Shown in pieces: positions 36,632 to 50,596 of a stretch of DNA of 64,000 bases. The position numbers were made by a program, and so were the translations under genes. Numbering within the stretch: position 1 is the stretch's first letter; every line of letters starts with the position of its first letter. Source of the stretch: Bugula neritina (Eukaryota > Animalia > Bryozoa); NCBI GenBank assembly GCA_964035545.1, contig OZ037766.1:22494767-22558766 (forward strand). The letters are read 5' to 3'. Below the pieces are notes generated by a model that was not told the origin of the DNA, did not search any database, and saw only the letters and a list, made by a program, of their open reading frames with translations.

Positions 36632-38347
36632 TTGGAGAATTTAATTTTTTACATTAAGAAAGTTAACATGCTAAACACAACGTAAAACGTAACGCAAACA
36701 TAGCAGTGGCATTGTTGTTATATTAGTTTGTAAGTGTAGTTAAACATATAAAAGAACACATAATGTAAAAACACAATTTATAGCAGATGCATGAAATTTG
36801 ACACAATCAGCAAAGATGAAACAGAAATAATTTTATATGCCAAAAAGTCGCTACTCTTCAACTCTGGAAATTTATGGGGAAAACACACCCACAACCTCTT
36901 TGACGTGACAATTGGAGGGTACGACGATGCTGAAATATGCGAACCAGTTGGGGCGTACATCTTAAACTTAATAACACAAAAACATGGCAAAAGTTTTGGC
37001 CTGTACAGGGATGATGGCTTAGGAGTCTCAGACAGAACACCACAAGAAATAGAGAACATGAAAAATGATGTCTGCAAAATATTTTCTGAAAATGGATTAA
37101 AAATAACAATCGAAGCAAATAAAAAAATTATCAACTTCTTAGACACCACGATCAACCTAAACAACAAAACCTACACACCATACACTAAACCAAACAATTC
37201 TACTAAATATATTCATAGCAAATCCAACCACCCACCAAGCATAATCTCTAATCTACCCTCATCTGTTAATAAACGACTGTCCTCAATATCATCTAATGAG
37301 AAAATTTTCACACAATCCACCTACAACCATCAAAATCTCCTAAACTAAAGTGGCTATAAACACCAACTACAATTCCTACCAAGAACACAAACAGACAACA
37401 CATGTAACAGAAATCCCGAAACTGAAAAAGAAAATTTGTTTGGTACAATCCACCATACAGCCAACATGTAACCACAAAAGTTGCAAAAACTTCTTTAAAA
37501 TCATGAATGAGGAATTTCCGAAACAACTCCCACTCTATAAAATAATCAACAAAAACAATATAAAAGTTAGCTACAGCTGCATGCCAAACATAAAACAGAC
37601 CATAAACGCCCACAATAACAGAATTTTAGAGAAACAGAAGCAACAAAACAAAATCTCCAGAAAAAACTGCAACTGCAGAGAAAAAAAAATTGTCCCCTGA
37701 AAGGAAACTGTCAGGAGAGCAGAAAAATATATCAAGCAACTGTGGAAACTACCGAAAACGAGCCTGCAACATACATTGGCCTAAGTGAAGGACCGTTCAA
37801 ACTAAGATACGCAAGCCACAGATCATCATTTAAAAACAAGGAGAAAGAAAATCAAACAGAACTTAGCAAACACATTTGGCAACTAACTAACAAAAACATT
37901 AAGCACAACATAAGCTGGAAAATATTAAGAAAAGCGAAACCATATACAACACAACTACCAAAAGGTGTAATTTATGCCTATGGGAATGTTTCTTTATTTT
38001 ATACAAACCTAACATGTGTACTTTAAACAAGTGAAACGAACTCTTATCAACCTGCCGACACTCAAAAAAATTCTTACTGTGCAACCACAAAACCTAGAAA
38101 CTCTGTAGCCTATTTATATTTTAAGTACTATAGTAAATAATATACAAATACCCATAGAGAATAGTCACCCAAAAAAAACTTCATGCATCTGCTATAAATT
38201 GTGTTTTTACATTACATTATGGTTTTTTTATATATTAATTTACACCTACAAACCTATATAACAATACAGCCACTGCTATGTCTTCGTTACGTTTTACCTT
38301 GTGTTTAGCATGTTAATTTTTTTAATGTAAAAATTTAAATTTGTCAA

Positions 38348-38398
38348 TATTGTGCCTGAGGAGTGCCGAAGAGGCATGAAACTATTAGTAGTGCAATA
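38348..38398 (+). ncRNA. Minimal type I hammerhead ribozyme in right pseudo-LTR of Penelope-like element
   Basis: UAUUGUGC-CUGAGGA-GUGCC-GAAGA-GGCAU-GAAA-C-UAUUA-GUA^GUGCAAUA. Intact core with a quasi-palindromic short stem III, typical of Penelope minimal hammerheads. Confidence 0.8.
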
Positions 38399-38517
38399 AA
38401 ACAACATCTATATAATTAAATTGCTCTTTTCCTCAATAATATAATTGCTCATTATTATACACATAATAATTTGAGCACTTTTTTATCCGCTGTTTTTTAA
38501 AAATCTCACGATACAAT

Positions 38518-38621
<104 letters not shown>

Positions 38622-39393
38622 AATTTAAAGAATGATATAGCTATCTGCATCTCATAGTGTGAGAACAGAGGTATGTGTGCATTAATTGCTGTCATATATA
38701 TTTTACTGCTAATATGAAGATTATCTTTTTTATATTATAACAATTACTTTAAAATGTTGCAATATTTGGATTTTTTATATATATTTGTTAAATCCACTTT
38801 AGTGCTGGTTTTACTGTATATATCTTATGTTTTGTTTTTGCAGTTTTCATGAGTTAACAAAAGGTAAACAAATGGTTGTTAATAAAGTTACATCAAATCA
38901 AATATTTACACCCTGTCAAGACTCATTATTGCAATGAGAAGCAGATACAAGGTGTATTAAAAAGTTCATGGTATCATATTAAAGGCTCTACACCCTGGCC
39001 AACTATTAGTAAAAACTATAAGAGTAAAAATTATATGGGTGTGAAAATTTCTCAAAAAATATATTTTGAATGTCAAAATTATTTTACTGGAGTAACTACA
39101 TATTTAACATTCTATATGCCTCTGTGAATATCACAAAAAACTTAAATTGAAAAAAGTTTTCAACATATTAAACATTTATAATTTTTATCCAATTGGAAAT
39201 AGAATTTGACTTTAGCAATTAGGCGTAGCTTAGCTGTGAAATAATTGCACTCTAGTTACTAATAACTTATTAATATTAGTCATCCATTAAAACACGCAAA
39301 CACACCCAATGTATTTAATAGATTACAAATGTATGTAAATATTATATATTATTTTACAGAGAAAAGACTTGATGCTGATACACCATCAATGTC

Positions 39394-42300
39394 ATGAAGG
39401 GAATGTGCAGAAATATGCTACCAAGTTATAAAAGACTGAGTTTGCTATTACTTGTGCATATAATTGTCATTGGCACTGTCACGGTTTATAAAAGACTGAG
39501 TTCCACTGCAGGTATAGTCAGTTTGTTAGGGAATCAGCCTGCAAGTCTATATAGAAATTAATATGTTGTGACTTCTTTAATGTTTCTGGTTGCAGCACTA
39601 CGTACACTTCTTTCATACAATGCCATGCCACGGCTCATAATATTTTAAGACATCGATGATGTTGAACATCAAAGCGTATAAATGAGCCAATTTGTTAAAA
39701 ATAACTAGCATTGCGTTACATTTTTCTTAGCTGGCACTTTGCAATAAATTGAATGCTATACAGCATTATTATAATATAATTTATTTTGCAAGGTTTTAAT
39801 AAGAAATTTCAGCTCTTTGTTGGAAAAAGCAGCAAATATATATATATTAAACACATGCACAATAAAGACTTTTTATTCTCTCTGTGGTCTATTTACATAT
39901 ATTATATTTGGTTAACTATTATATAGATGTCTAGGATCACCGTGTAAAGCTTCATTTACTATAATTCCAATTTAGATATATCCACAGTTATACAAGCTAG
40001 GCCATCACTACGTTCGTTTGTAAAGAGTATTATGCCCCTTCAAAATGGACGAACCTTGAGGTATCAAACTATAACTATCTTCTGAAACAATAAACGATGA
40101 TAAACACATGTACTCTACCACTAAATTTCTTTGTAACTATTTATTTGATTTGTTTTTGTTAAGACCCTCCCATTGGTGCTTATAAAATAGCGAAAAAATG
40201 TTTTTGCTTCAGAAAATAATATGAAACTAAGAGGCAATTAAATTACTTTATGCTTAGTAATATATCTCAACTATGCAGTTATATAACTTATAACATAATA
40301 AGTACAGTTTGTAGAAATATTACAGCAGATTTACTAGATGTACTACTTGCTTTACAACATTGGCTGGTTGTCGTGACAACTAGAAATAGTTAGCACCTAT
40401 CTGTGATTAGTTTATCACCACATTTTAACTTCCTTATCACACATTTGACGAAAAAAATTCTGAAAAAAGTCAAGTAAAATTTATTTTCATTCTCTACATT
40501 AATATTGTCCTAAGAACATTGTTTCTAACACTAATGTAGCCGAAAGCACAATGAACCTAATTTCTATTTGTAAAATTATAATTATTCATCATTTTACCTA
40601 TATGCATGTGTGCTTTTAATTCCTTTGTCAGACTTAATTATCAGTTTATTAAATATATATTTGGATTTCTGAAAAAAAATAGAAATTGTGAATTTAATAC
40701 CTTTTAGACCAAATTCCAAGAGTACCATTGAACTAAAAAAATATATTTACTTTTTGTTAGAAAATCAAGAAAATAACATAAAGTTTGTGGCCACTTGACC
40801 TCTTACTCCATTTTATTAGTTTAAAGTGACTTACCAGTAACATATGTAGCATAGACTTTTCAACTATACATTCTATTTTTATATTTTATGTGATTTTCTG
40901 TTTATGGTAGTTTTTCACCTTTTCTTTTAGATCAGAATTTATGGCTTTGGAGTTGGGTTGTTACGAGGCTAAACCAGACATGTTTCATAGTAAAAGGTCA
41001 TTCCCTGTCAACAATCAGCAAATATGCAGAGCAACTTGCTGGGAAAAGAACCTATTTTATTTTTACAGCGTGAGTAAATTTTAGTAAAATTGTAAGGGGC
41101 ATTTATACCTTGTCTGAAATAAAATAACTTTTTGCTAATTTCACTCTTTTATAGTTGAATAGCTGAAATCTTGAAAATATAAACACACATACATTACTAA
41201 TATATTAAGAATTTTGAATCTTCAAACTATTTCAAAAGACTATAGAATGTACATCTAGTATTTTCCATGTTAGAATCACTCATCAAGGTGTGTCTGCAAT
41301 GACAAATTCTACCAGATGTATCGTATTCCTTCGGAACTTTGCGTACAAGGCAAAAATGCAAGCTACGTGGGAATTAGAGGTGAGCTGCAGCGTTTCAGGA
41401 TAAACTTGGTATACAACTAACTGCTTCGAAAAAATGCCTTTAGTTTTTTAATAATATTATGCAAAAAATGCTAAATTAATTTTATGTATTATATATACAA
41501 AGTACTCATTTGCAACTTACAGTGCTCAACATGGTTTTAATACAAATTTTATAATTTTTCTTCATAAACATTTGCCTTCTTTTTTAAAGCCAATCAAAAA
41601 CTGTTACTACTTTCCAACTATCAAAAGCTAGATACATTAATAGCCATGTATGATTAATAGGAAAACAAGAAACTTTCTGAAAATTTCGGCAATATTTTCA
41701 AGGTTTGTCATAATGTGTCAATTAACTTCCAATACTTCATAAGCTAAAAACTTGACTTGTATCTATAAAACTGAAAATATATTTTAGGAAACACAACTGG
41801 CTTACTAGTGAGCAAATATTTGTCCAACTCTACAAGGAGCTGCAGATGTACATCACACTCTTGTGAAAGTATTACCTGCAGTAACATAGGATCTGACACA
41901 TCATGTTGGGCTGGACCCAAGAAAACAGATCTTCTCAAGTACCAGAGAGAAAACTCTTCTTATGTTTGCAATGATGGAGAATACACCATCTATTCAATGC
42001 AGCCATCATCTCATAAAAATTCAGTATGTTTGCTATGTTTGCTATACCAATAGATCATGGAAAACTCAGCCAATCAGAGGTGTGCACTAATTGACTGCAA
42101 CATCTTACTATTATAGCGAATATGAAATAATACAAGTTCAACTGCCATGCCTCTGAAAAATAGTTGTGCAACTTTTGTTAAGTGCATTATTTAATCTCTT
42201 ATCCTAAGTATGAAACTCAAGTTAATTTTTTAACATTTCTAAATTTAATGTTTGAAAATTTCAAATACTAATTATTGTCTACACATTTACCCTAGAGAAA

Positions 42301-45300
42301 CTTTACCACAGCACTTGTTGCTGCTGAGTGGAATATAATAGCATTGGCAATTGAGTGGTTATAAAACACTCTTATAAGATTGGTGCATAATTCTGACAAA
42401 GCTTGTTGGTTATATTGTACACTTGTTTACAGTTGTACAGGTGATGCATGATGTGTATTAGCTCTAGTGTAAAGTCTTGGTAAAAAAAACTCACGAAAGT
42501 TTATTGTCAATATTTCTGTGAGAAACCCTGACGGAAAGGGTTTTTGTTAAAGCGGGCTAAGGACTTATTTAAATAAGGCACAGACTGGATGCTCTTCCTA
42601 ACATCACCAATGGCCTTTGTCGGTTAGAACCCATGACTTCGTGTTTACTAAGCAAACGCTCTAACCCTTAGACCACGGCTGCTCCTCTTATTAAAAGGTT
42701 TTAGTGATAAATTTTATTATCAACTAGGAAAATATAATATTATATTATTACATTTTTAGGCAAAAACTTAGGTGTGGTACATATTTATAATAGATAACTT
42801 TTCAAAGCCAAAGTTCTTTAATTTTTTAATAACTTTGGCTTGAGATCCAGATTGCACCTACCTCACAATAAAACATTGATGTCTGCTACCTGTATAATAC
42901 TGGCACAGAAGTTGCTGGCTAATTACATAATATAGTTTTTCAAATAATAAAATAATTAATATAGTATATAACTTTGTCACTTATAATTTTGTTTAAAACT
43001 GCTTGCAGTACAAAAAGCGATACCTTTAGCTCAACTCAACTCAACGCCTGTTTTAACAGCAGAATTAGCTCTCCATGAACTAATTTGTTTTATTGTAATT
43101 TGGAAACTATTTAACATGCTTAATGATCTATTACTAACACTATCGGTGTTAGCAGACAGCATGCACTATAGGGGCAACACTTAGCCTAGGGCCACACGGT
43201 GCGTATTTTCGCATGCGAAAGTTGAAATCACAAGTAGCAAAGGTGTCCACTGTGCGCGTTGAGAAAACCTTCGCACTTGTCGCTCTGCATTTTCAACGCA
43301 AGTGCGAATCGTCTCTGTCGTCGTCACCTAATTGGCTGGTAGGTATTCAGCGAGCCCAATTTCTTTATTTAGTGCTATATTCCAGTAAATTGCGTTTTGT
43401 TGAAAGCGAGTGCGATTTAAAAATGAAAGCTTTATTTACCACGCATCACTGACGCTACAGTGGACACCTTTGCTACTTGTGATTTTAATTTTCGCATGCG
43501 AAAATACGCACAGTGTGGCCCTAGGCTTACTGGCTTCTTGCGGTATTGCAATATAGTATATCATATCTGTCACTTCATAGCATCTGCATGGCAAGAAGTG
43601 CTTCTACCACCAAATATTTAGCCTGTTATATTTTAGGCAATTATAATGAACTTGCTTGCTCAGTAAGATACATTGCACTGTTTGTTATAAAGGCTTTTAG
43701 ATTATCTTGTTTAGTTTACTACAATCAAAAGAAATAAACTGTTGCCCATGTCAGAAATAGTGGATAGTGTTGATGTTTTAATGCAAGATATCAAGTAGCT
43801 GTTTATATTTTAATGTATAATTTTGTTTTATAAACTGCACTTGAAACTTTTGAGGTGTGTATGATAAAGTCAATTGATATATGTAATTTATTGTAAACTT
43901 ACAATTATTTGATATTTGTATTGTTATCTAATGTTGATAATTTACTCCAAAATGACCAACTAGCTATTCATCTCAGTGGGTATCTAAGTCTCATAATAGG
44001 CTACTTGTTGATGTGACTGTAACATTGATTGGTGTTTTAGACTCTATTTGCAAATCAGAAGTTCTGCATTGGTAAACAGCATATGCATGGATTTTGGCCA
44101 GTGACTAGTTGTAAAGAGTTTCACCCCCAAAAACTACCCAACGACAAGTGGAGATTATACCAGATATTTCCCCCTTCGAAAGGTAGGCTAAGTGGATAGT
44201 GTGTGGACTAACTGGCAAACATATACACTCCTTTTTGTCGCCTACTAACTTTGGGTTTACTTATACTTAAGATGCAGCCACTTAACTTGATGATTGTGTT
44301 ATTTGTTACAATTATATTCTATAGTCTAGAACTTGGGCTGAGTGAACAAACAGGTTTTTTGTACCACTTCTCAGCTTTCTATCAGGAAAGTCAAGCAAAT
44401 CAGCAAATAACAAGTTTTGAAATTAACAGCAATATATATGGATTGCTGAAGGGTGGCAGTTCACATAGATAGAATTTTTGTATTTCATTTTTTTATAAGG
44501 TTTCTAATTTCTTTATTAACTCCTACCATTCCTGTGAGTAGTTTCTTTGTGCACGTTGGTGAACCAACATTCACAGATTGAGATTAGAATATATTGATTA
44601 AACTTAATTTAATAATTTCAAATTATATGTTTATTTATATGCACTAACATATTATGATATAATGATATTAGCATGTTATAACTTATACATGCAATGTTCA
44701 TTGTATAAATTAGATACACAACAGCAAAATATACTAATAATATTAATAACAAACTAACATAATTTATACAATTATAGTATTACTTTTTGCAGTAGAGTTT
44801 TCAATATGTATAACAATCTGTATAAAATAAAAATCAGAAGGGTTAATAGCACAAAGTAAGCCTAGGGCCACACTGTGCGTATTTTCGCATGCGAAAATTG
44901 AAACCACGGGTAGCAAAGGTATCCGCTGTAGCGTCAGTGATCCGGGATAAATAAAGCTTTCATTTTTAAATCGTACTCGCTTTTTATAAAACGCAATTTA
45001 CTGGAATATAGCACTAAAATAAAAGAATTGGGCTCGCTAAATAACTACCAGCCAATTAGGTGACGAATACAGAGACGATTCGCACTTGCGTTCAAAATGC
45101 TGAGCGACAAGTGCGAATGTTTTCTCAACGCATACAGTGGACACCTTTGCTACTTGTGGTTTAAATGTTGGCATGCGAAAATACGCACAGTGTGGCCCTA
45201 GGCTAAACGAAAATTTCTTTGTACTCCATATATGTGTACATCTATATATAGAACACTTATAAATGGAATTTCGAAATAAAGTTTTGGCCACTAGCCAGCT

Positions 45301-48300
45301 AAACTTGTGTACATGGCTGGGAAGATTGGTGAAAATAGCTGGCAGATACATTTGGTAACAGTTATGGCATTACTCTCCATACATGGAGACAAAGACTTAG
45401 CCATTATATACGCTCATAATTCCTATTGTACAATGGCTACAGTTAACCTTATTTATCTACACACTAAAGTGTTGCTGTAGTTCTTATTGTATGGTGTAAC
45501 CATGAACACTGTATGTATTGCAGAGAAATCAGTCACTGTGTTTGCAAACAACAATGTGAAAGACAGAATAAAAGTTTTACTGCTCGCCTACTACAGATCT
45601 GGATCAACTTTCACTTCAGAATTGTTCAGAAATCATCCAGATGTATTTTATATGTAAGTAGCACTTATGATTTAAACCAAATTTATATCTCAGTGATAAC
45701 AACTTATGGATAACTCTCCATGTTGTGTTTTAGTATATAGAAATATTTTTTGTTGCAGACTGAAAGAAAATAGAAATGTGAAAACCGCTATATATCATAA
45801 GTTATAAGTGTAGTTGCAAGTTGCAAGTGTGAAGATGAGTGAAAATGCTGGTTTTTTCAAGTTCGCTATTATGTAGGAGCCATAATAAGTGTGGAAAAAA
45901 AACATAATATAGCTGGCATAGCTGTGATGTTACATGAAAAGCTTTAATGAATTAGGGAAAAACTTTCCCAACTTCAACTCCAAGAATATTACTTTAGTTT
46001 GCTGTAGTCAGCAGTAAAACAAGTTTATAACAAATTAATATTAATACTCATAAAATTTTACTTCAAACGGTTAGCCAATAGTTTAATAAGTGAAAAGGTT
46101 TTGGCTAATAAAAACAAATTAGCATGGCATGCTTTTGCCAATTTCTCTACACTATAATCTTTCAGGTTTGAGCCATTTCATTCGATCATACCTCAGAATT
46201 TGAGCAAACAGCATGGAGATATTCCCGATTATTTAATGAACCAAACAGTTCTTGCAATGGATTCTCTTTTTAACTGTGACTTGCTACAGCTTCCGCTTTA
46301 TACATTCAACAGATTTGTTCAAAATGACCTTATCAGTGGCTGTAAGTAACATGCACTAGTTTCTACTCAATATGGGAGTTGAATATCTTTAAATAGAAAT
46401 AGTTTTTTATAAACTGTAATTTATGACATGTTAAAATTGTATTGTTTCTGTTTTAGTAATTTTGTTTATTAGATTTAGTAGTTTTTAACTTGCTACTTTT
46501 ATTTCCTTTGCATATTTTTAGTGTGTCTTGAAAAGTCAATGGTTGATTGCATAGCCTGGTTTATTAGCAACTGCCAGGCTAAAAGAGTCACTGTTGTTAA
46601 ATCCATTAGAGTAAGAATGCAAGCTGCACAGGCTGTAATCAATACCAACAAACACCCACAACTAAAGGTAGGTACTAAAGATGTTTTGCTCAAAGATAAT
46701 CTCATCAGTGTGCAGAATCCTTAACTCTTTCAATTGCTGAATAATACTTGCCATTTATAAAACCATTTAGTTTGCTATAAGCTAATGTACAACCTAATAA
46801 CAATGGATGCCATATTGAATTTAGATGTCAATTATAGGTATTACTGCTACTTCGAGATCCACGAGGAGTTATCAGATCTCGTCTGAAAGTAGGTAGAACA
46901 GGACCAAACATCAGTTTAGTGTTTAATTCAAGAGGGCCAGAGGTGGCCAACTATTCCGCATGTAAGTCTGATAACCGTATTATGTTTTCCTTGTGAAATT
47001 GAATGCATGTACTGCAGTAGCAAGCTATATGCCATATCAATGCATACTTTTGCAGACTGATTGTATTTTGCTTCTTATCGATTTTAAGCAAAAGCATGTT
47101 GAGGCTTTTCGAAAGTAATAAGGAAACTCAACTTTAGATGATACATTAAACATCAGCTGTTGCTACAAATAGAATAGACAAACCTTGCTAAGCTGATATT
47201 ATATTCCATACTCAGCTCTTTTGATAGCCAACGCGGATTCCAGAATATTCTAACAAGAAACAGGAGTATAGAAATATGATGGTGTACGTATAATATATAT
47301 GTAATTGTAACATAACTTGCAACAGATATGAGCTGATATATTTGTAGTGTTGTGTAAATTGATGGCAAATGATGTACTAATAGCTAAGCAGATGCAAAAG
47401 AGTCACCCTAACCAAGTTGTTATAATCCATTATGAAGATATAGCCAACTCCACTAAAACTGCAGCGGATTATGTTTACAGGTATTTTTGTACCTCAATTA
47501 TTGCATAGGTTATAGTGCAGTATATTCATGAAAGCACAACTCTGTGAATTTCCCTAAATTATAGTAAAATTCATCAAGTACAATATGGCCTAATATCCAT
47601 AGCCTGTTATGCAGCAATTATTTGTATGAAATAAAACGCTTGTTGATAAAAGTTGTTACAAATAATGTATGAAACCACTGCTCATTAGCAGCAAAATTCA
47701 TTTTCAAATATTATTTTAAATTTTGAAATTGGAATTGTTTTCTCACTAAACTGGTATCGAAATAGTTTGACGCACTATTCTACTAAATTACCTAATTTTG
47801 AAATACGTTTTATGGCATACAGTAGTTTGCAGCATATTTCATATGATTACAAAGATATGACATTTCTAATGGGCATATATAGTGATAAATACTTAGATGA
47901 TTATTGAAAGTTCATAAAATCCTATAAAAAATAGCTGCAGGTAATTAAACTAGTAATTAACTCCGTGAATCTTTTTATAGAAAGATGGGCCTTCAGAATC
48001 CTCCTTTTGAAGTCTTAGATGCAATGTCTGGCAGTGGCCATGCAAAGGAAACTGTATATGGGGTTTACAGGTTAGTTTAACTACACTACCAAGTCTCAAT
48101 AAATTTTATGAACTAAATTTTTATATTCCATACATTTCATAAAAAGAACAGTATTGTAACTACATCAATTATTATAATTTTGAAGCATTTGTACAAGACG
48201 ATAAATGTAAACTCTATTATGGTTATATTAATTAATATAGGGACAAAAATATTTCTCATCTATTTATACTGTAAAACCACTACAGAATGATAAGGTTTGC

Positions 48301-48509
48301 TCAGTAAAGTAGCTATACTGATTTATAGGCGAGACAGCGTAGCTACTGCATATAAATGGAAGAAGTCTTTGTCTTTTAAACAAGTGAAGCTAATAGATGA
48401 AGGATGTAAAGATTATTATAAATATATTGGATATAAGCCTGTGGGTTCTGAACAGGAGTTATCTGACCCCAACAACTATCACAGAACTCGCCTTACTCCA
48501 CTAAAATAG
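39394..48509 (+). CDS. Carbohydrate sulfotransferase paralogue D, 13 exons, ~601 aa
   Basis: Exons 39394-39511 (MKGMCRNMLPSYKRLSLLLLVHIIVIGTVTVYKRLSSTA), 39976-40060, 40931-41069, 41274-41379, 41788-42023, 44041-44182, 45524-45653, 46166-46341, 46522-46667, 46838-46961, 47348-47480, 47981-48070, 48329-48509. All introns GT-AG, with phases matching the other paralogues. Confidence 0.87.
42487..42682 (-). mobile_element. tRNA-Thr-derived SINE copy
   Basis: Minus-strand head gccgtggtctaagggttagagcgtttgcttagtaaacacgaagtcatgggttctaacc. Body shared with the other copies. Confidence 0.8.
43184..43526 (+). mobile_element. PIF/Harbinger (Tourist-like) MITE, copy 1
   Basis: ~70-bp TIRs starting gcctagggccacac, with TTA target-site duplication on both sides. 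Confidence 0.9.
44860..45203 (-). mobile_element. PIF/Harbinger (Tourist-like) MITE, copy 2 (opposite orientation)
   Basis: Same TIRs and a TAA TSD. The internal region is the reverse complement of copy 1. Confidence 0.9.
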
Positions 48510-48794
48510 AAACCGTCAGATTTGTCGAATTATTGGGTAAGTGACTCACTTTATTTTGTTTGCTGATAAATAGCATTTGTTAAATTACACTCCTAGTCCT
48601 ACAATATAGCAATTTGTGTATTCATAAGAAAACACAAGTATATGGAGGTAAAGAAGCTATAACAAGCTACAGAACAGGAAAGATAGGCGAGGATAGGATG
48701 CAAGTACAGAGGTAGTAGTATTATATATAGCCAGTGTTGTTGTACGTTGTAGCATTACAAATATGCAAAATTAAGAATCATTTATTTTGCATAG

Positions 48795-49016
48795 CAGGGG
48801 GCAGCGGTGGTCTAGGGGTTAGAGCGTTTGTCTAGTAAACATGAGGTCATGGGTGAGCCCAGAAAAAGGCCATTGGTGATGTTAGGAAGAGCATCTAGTC
48901 ATAATTGCTGCTCCTGTGCCTCATTTAAATAAATCCTTAGCCCGATTTAACAAAAACCCTTTCATCAATATCAGGGGTTTCTCACAAGGATATAAGCGAC
49001 TATAAACTTTCGTGAG
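48795..49016 (+). mobile_element. tRNA-Thr(AGU)-derived SINE, full length with TSD
   Basis: Head gcggtggtctaggggttagagcgtttgtctagtaaacatgaggtcatgggt matches eukaryotic tRNA-Thr(AGT), including the TGT-CTAGTAA-ACA anticodon arm. 14-bp TSD tttattttgcatag (48781-48794 / 49017-49030). Confidence 0.85.
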
Positions 49017-50596
49017 TTTATTTTGCATAGAATTGCATTATCAAGTTTGACCTTGCAGCAGCTATTATACTTTTACATAAACATCATGACATATTTGTGC
49101 CCATGTTCAATAAATTGTATTGCTTTGTTAGAGGAATGACTAGCTTCAACTAAAATTTTGCTAGTTTTTGTGGCAAATATTTTTTTGCACAAGAAAACTG
49201 TAAAACAAATCAGTATATGGCTGAATGGAGAGTTGATGCCAAACATGGCTCCTCTTCATACCGTGAAAGATTAGCTATAAAGTCTGCAGTACTAACTTCC
49301 CACAGCTACTAATAACAATTATATATTTTAGATGGACTTCAAACCACATTATTTGTCGGAAGAGATGCCCAACTTGACTGTAACCCATGAACTTGAATTC
49401 TCCACAAAGTGCCAATTCAGCCTCTAGGTAGCTTTATAAGTTAGTTCTTAAATATTATTGTGCTTCAAGTAGAATGTTTGCTGCATATCTGCAACTGGTA
49501 TGAATTAATGAGACAGATAGTAAAATTTACATTACTGCATGCAATACATTTCGGTTAATGAGAATTCAGATTTTTTGAACTACAAACTAAAATTGTATCA
49601 CAACATAGAGATATTGTCAAATGATTTGGAAACCATAATATGATGTATTAAGAATCATTTTGACTATCAAAACAAGTCAATTGGTTCTATTACAGTACAA
49701 TCCAGAGTGTAATAACCCGGCGAGATCAGAAGTCATGGAATTCATGAAAATCATTGGCCATCCCCAAGAAATCACATATCAAGCTAACCACTTACTTTTT
49801 CACAGATTTTTATTCTTTCTAGGACAAACATATTCAAATGACAGCCGTGCCAGTTTCCTAATGCAAATTATACGTGCATGAGGGCTAAATTAAATTTTTA
49901 CAAGTCATATATTACTTATATTATATATTTTATTGAAATAATAATAATTCAAAAGCTAAGCAGTATTATGAGATACAAAAATCAAAATGCTATTATTGCA
50001 ATGGAGAATATTGACTGGTAAAACAAAAATACCAGTCAGAATATCAACAGAAAAAATCTTTCAATCTTTCAAATAAGAAAATATTTCTTTATAAAAAATG
50101 TGCAGATCTTGCGCAGTTATGCATAATTATTACCAGATTAATAGTAAAATACTAAAAATGACTAATAAAGTGAAAATGGCAAATAAATTCTAAATAAATG
50201 GCATAATAATGAGATATGGTTTGAAATTCGCTGCAAAGTTTATACGCTATTTGGTACGAATGATACAAATAGAAACAGAGGGAACAACTCCAACTAATAT
50301 CACTAAAGGGATAAGAAATTCTGGTATTTTGCAACATAATTATTCTGCAATAATGTTGATATTGAGCAATGAGAAGCAAGCCAACCTTGGCCAACTCTCC
50401 CTTGGAGTATCATGGGTGGACAGCACGAAATCTCAACTCTCTTAGTATAATCAGATTGCTTATCAAATAAAGTTGCATAATATTTTATTCAGTACCATTT
50501 TAAAAGGGGCAGTATTTTGTTGTTGAGTTGATGTGGAAGATGGGAATGATTTTGCTGCTAGGCAAACCTACTAGAGAACTAATCTACTTAGGTCAG

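Noticed and set aside
38020-38040. In-frame TGA in the endonuclease tail as possible selenocysteine recoding
   Set aside because: It falls where Arg (CGA) is expected in an element with several frameshifts; simple CpG decay is more likely.
48801-48860. A functional tRNA-Thr gene
   Set aside because: The T-arm and acceptor stem are broken, and it is the head of a repeated, TSD-flanked SINE.
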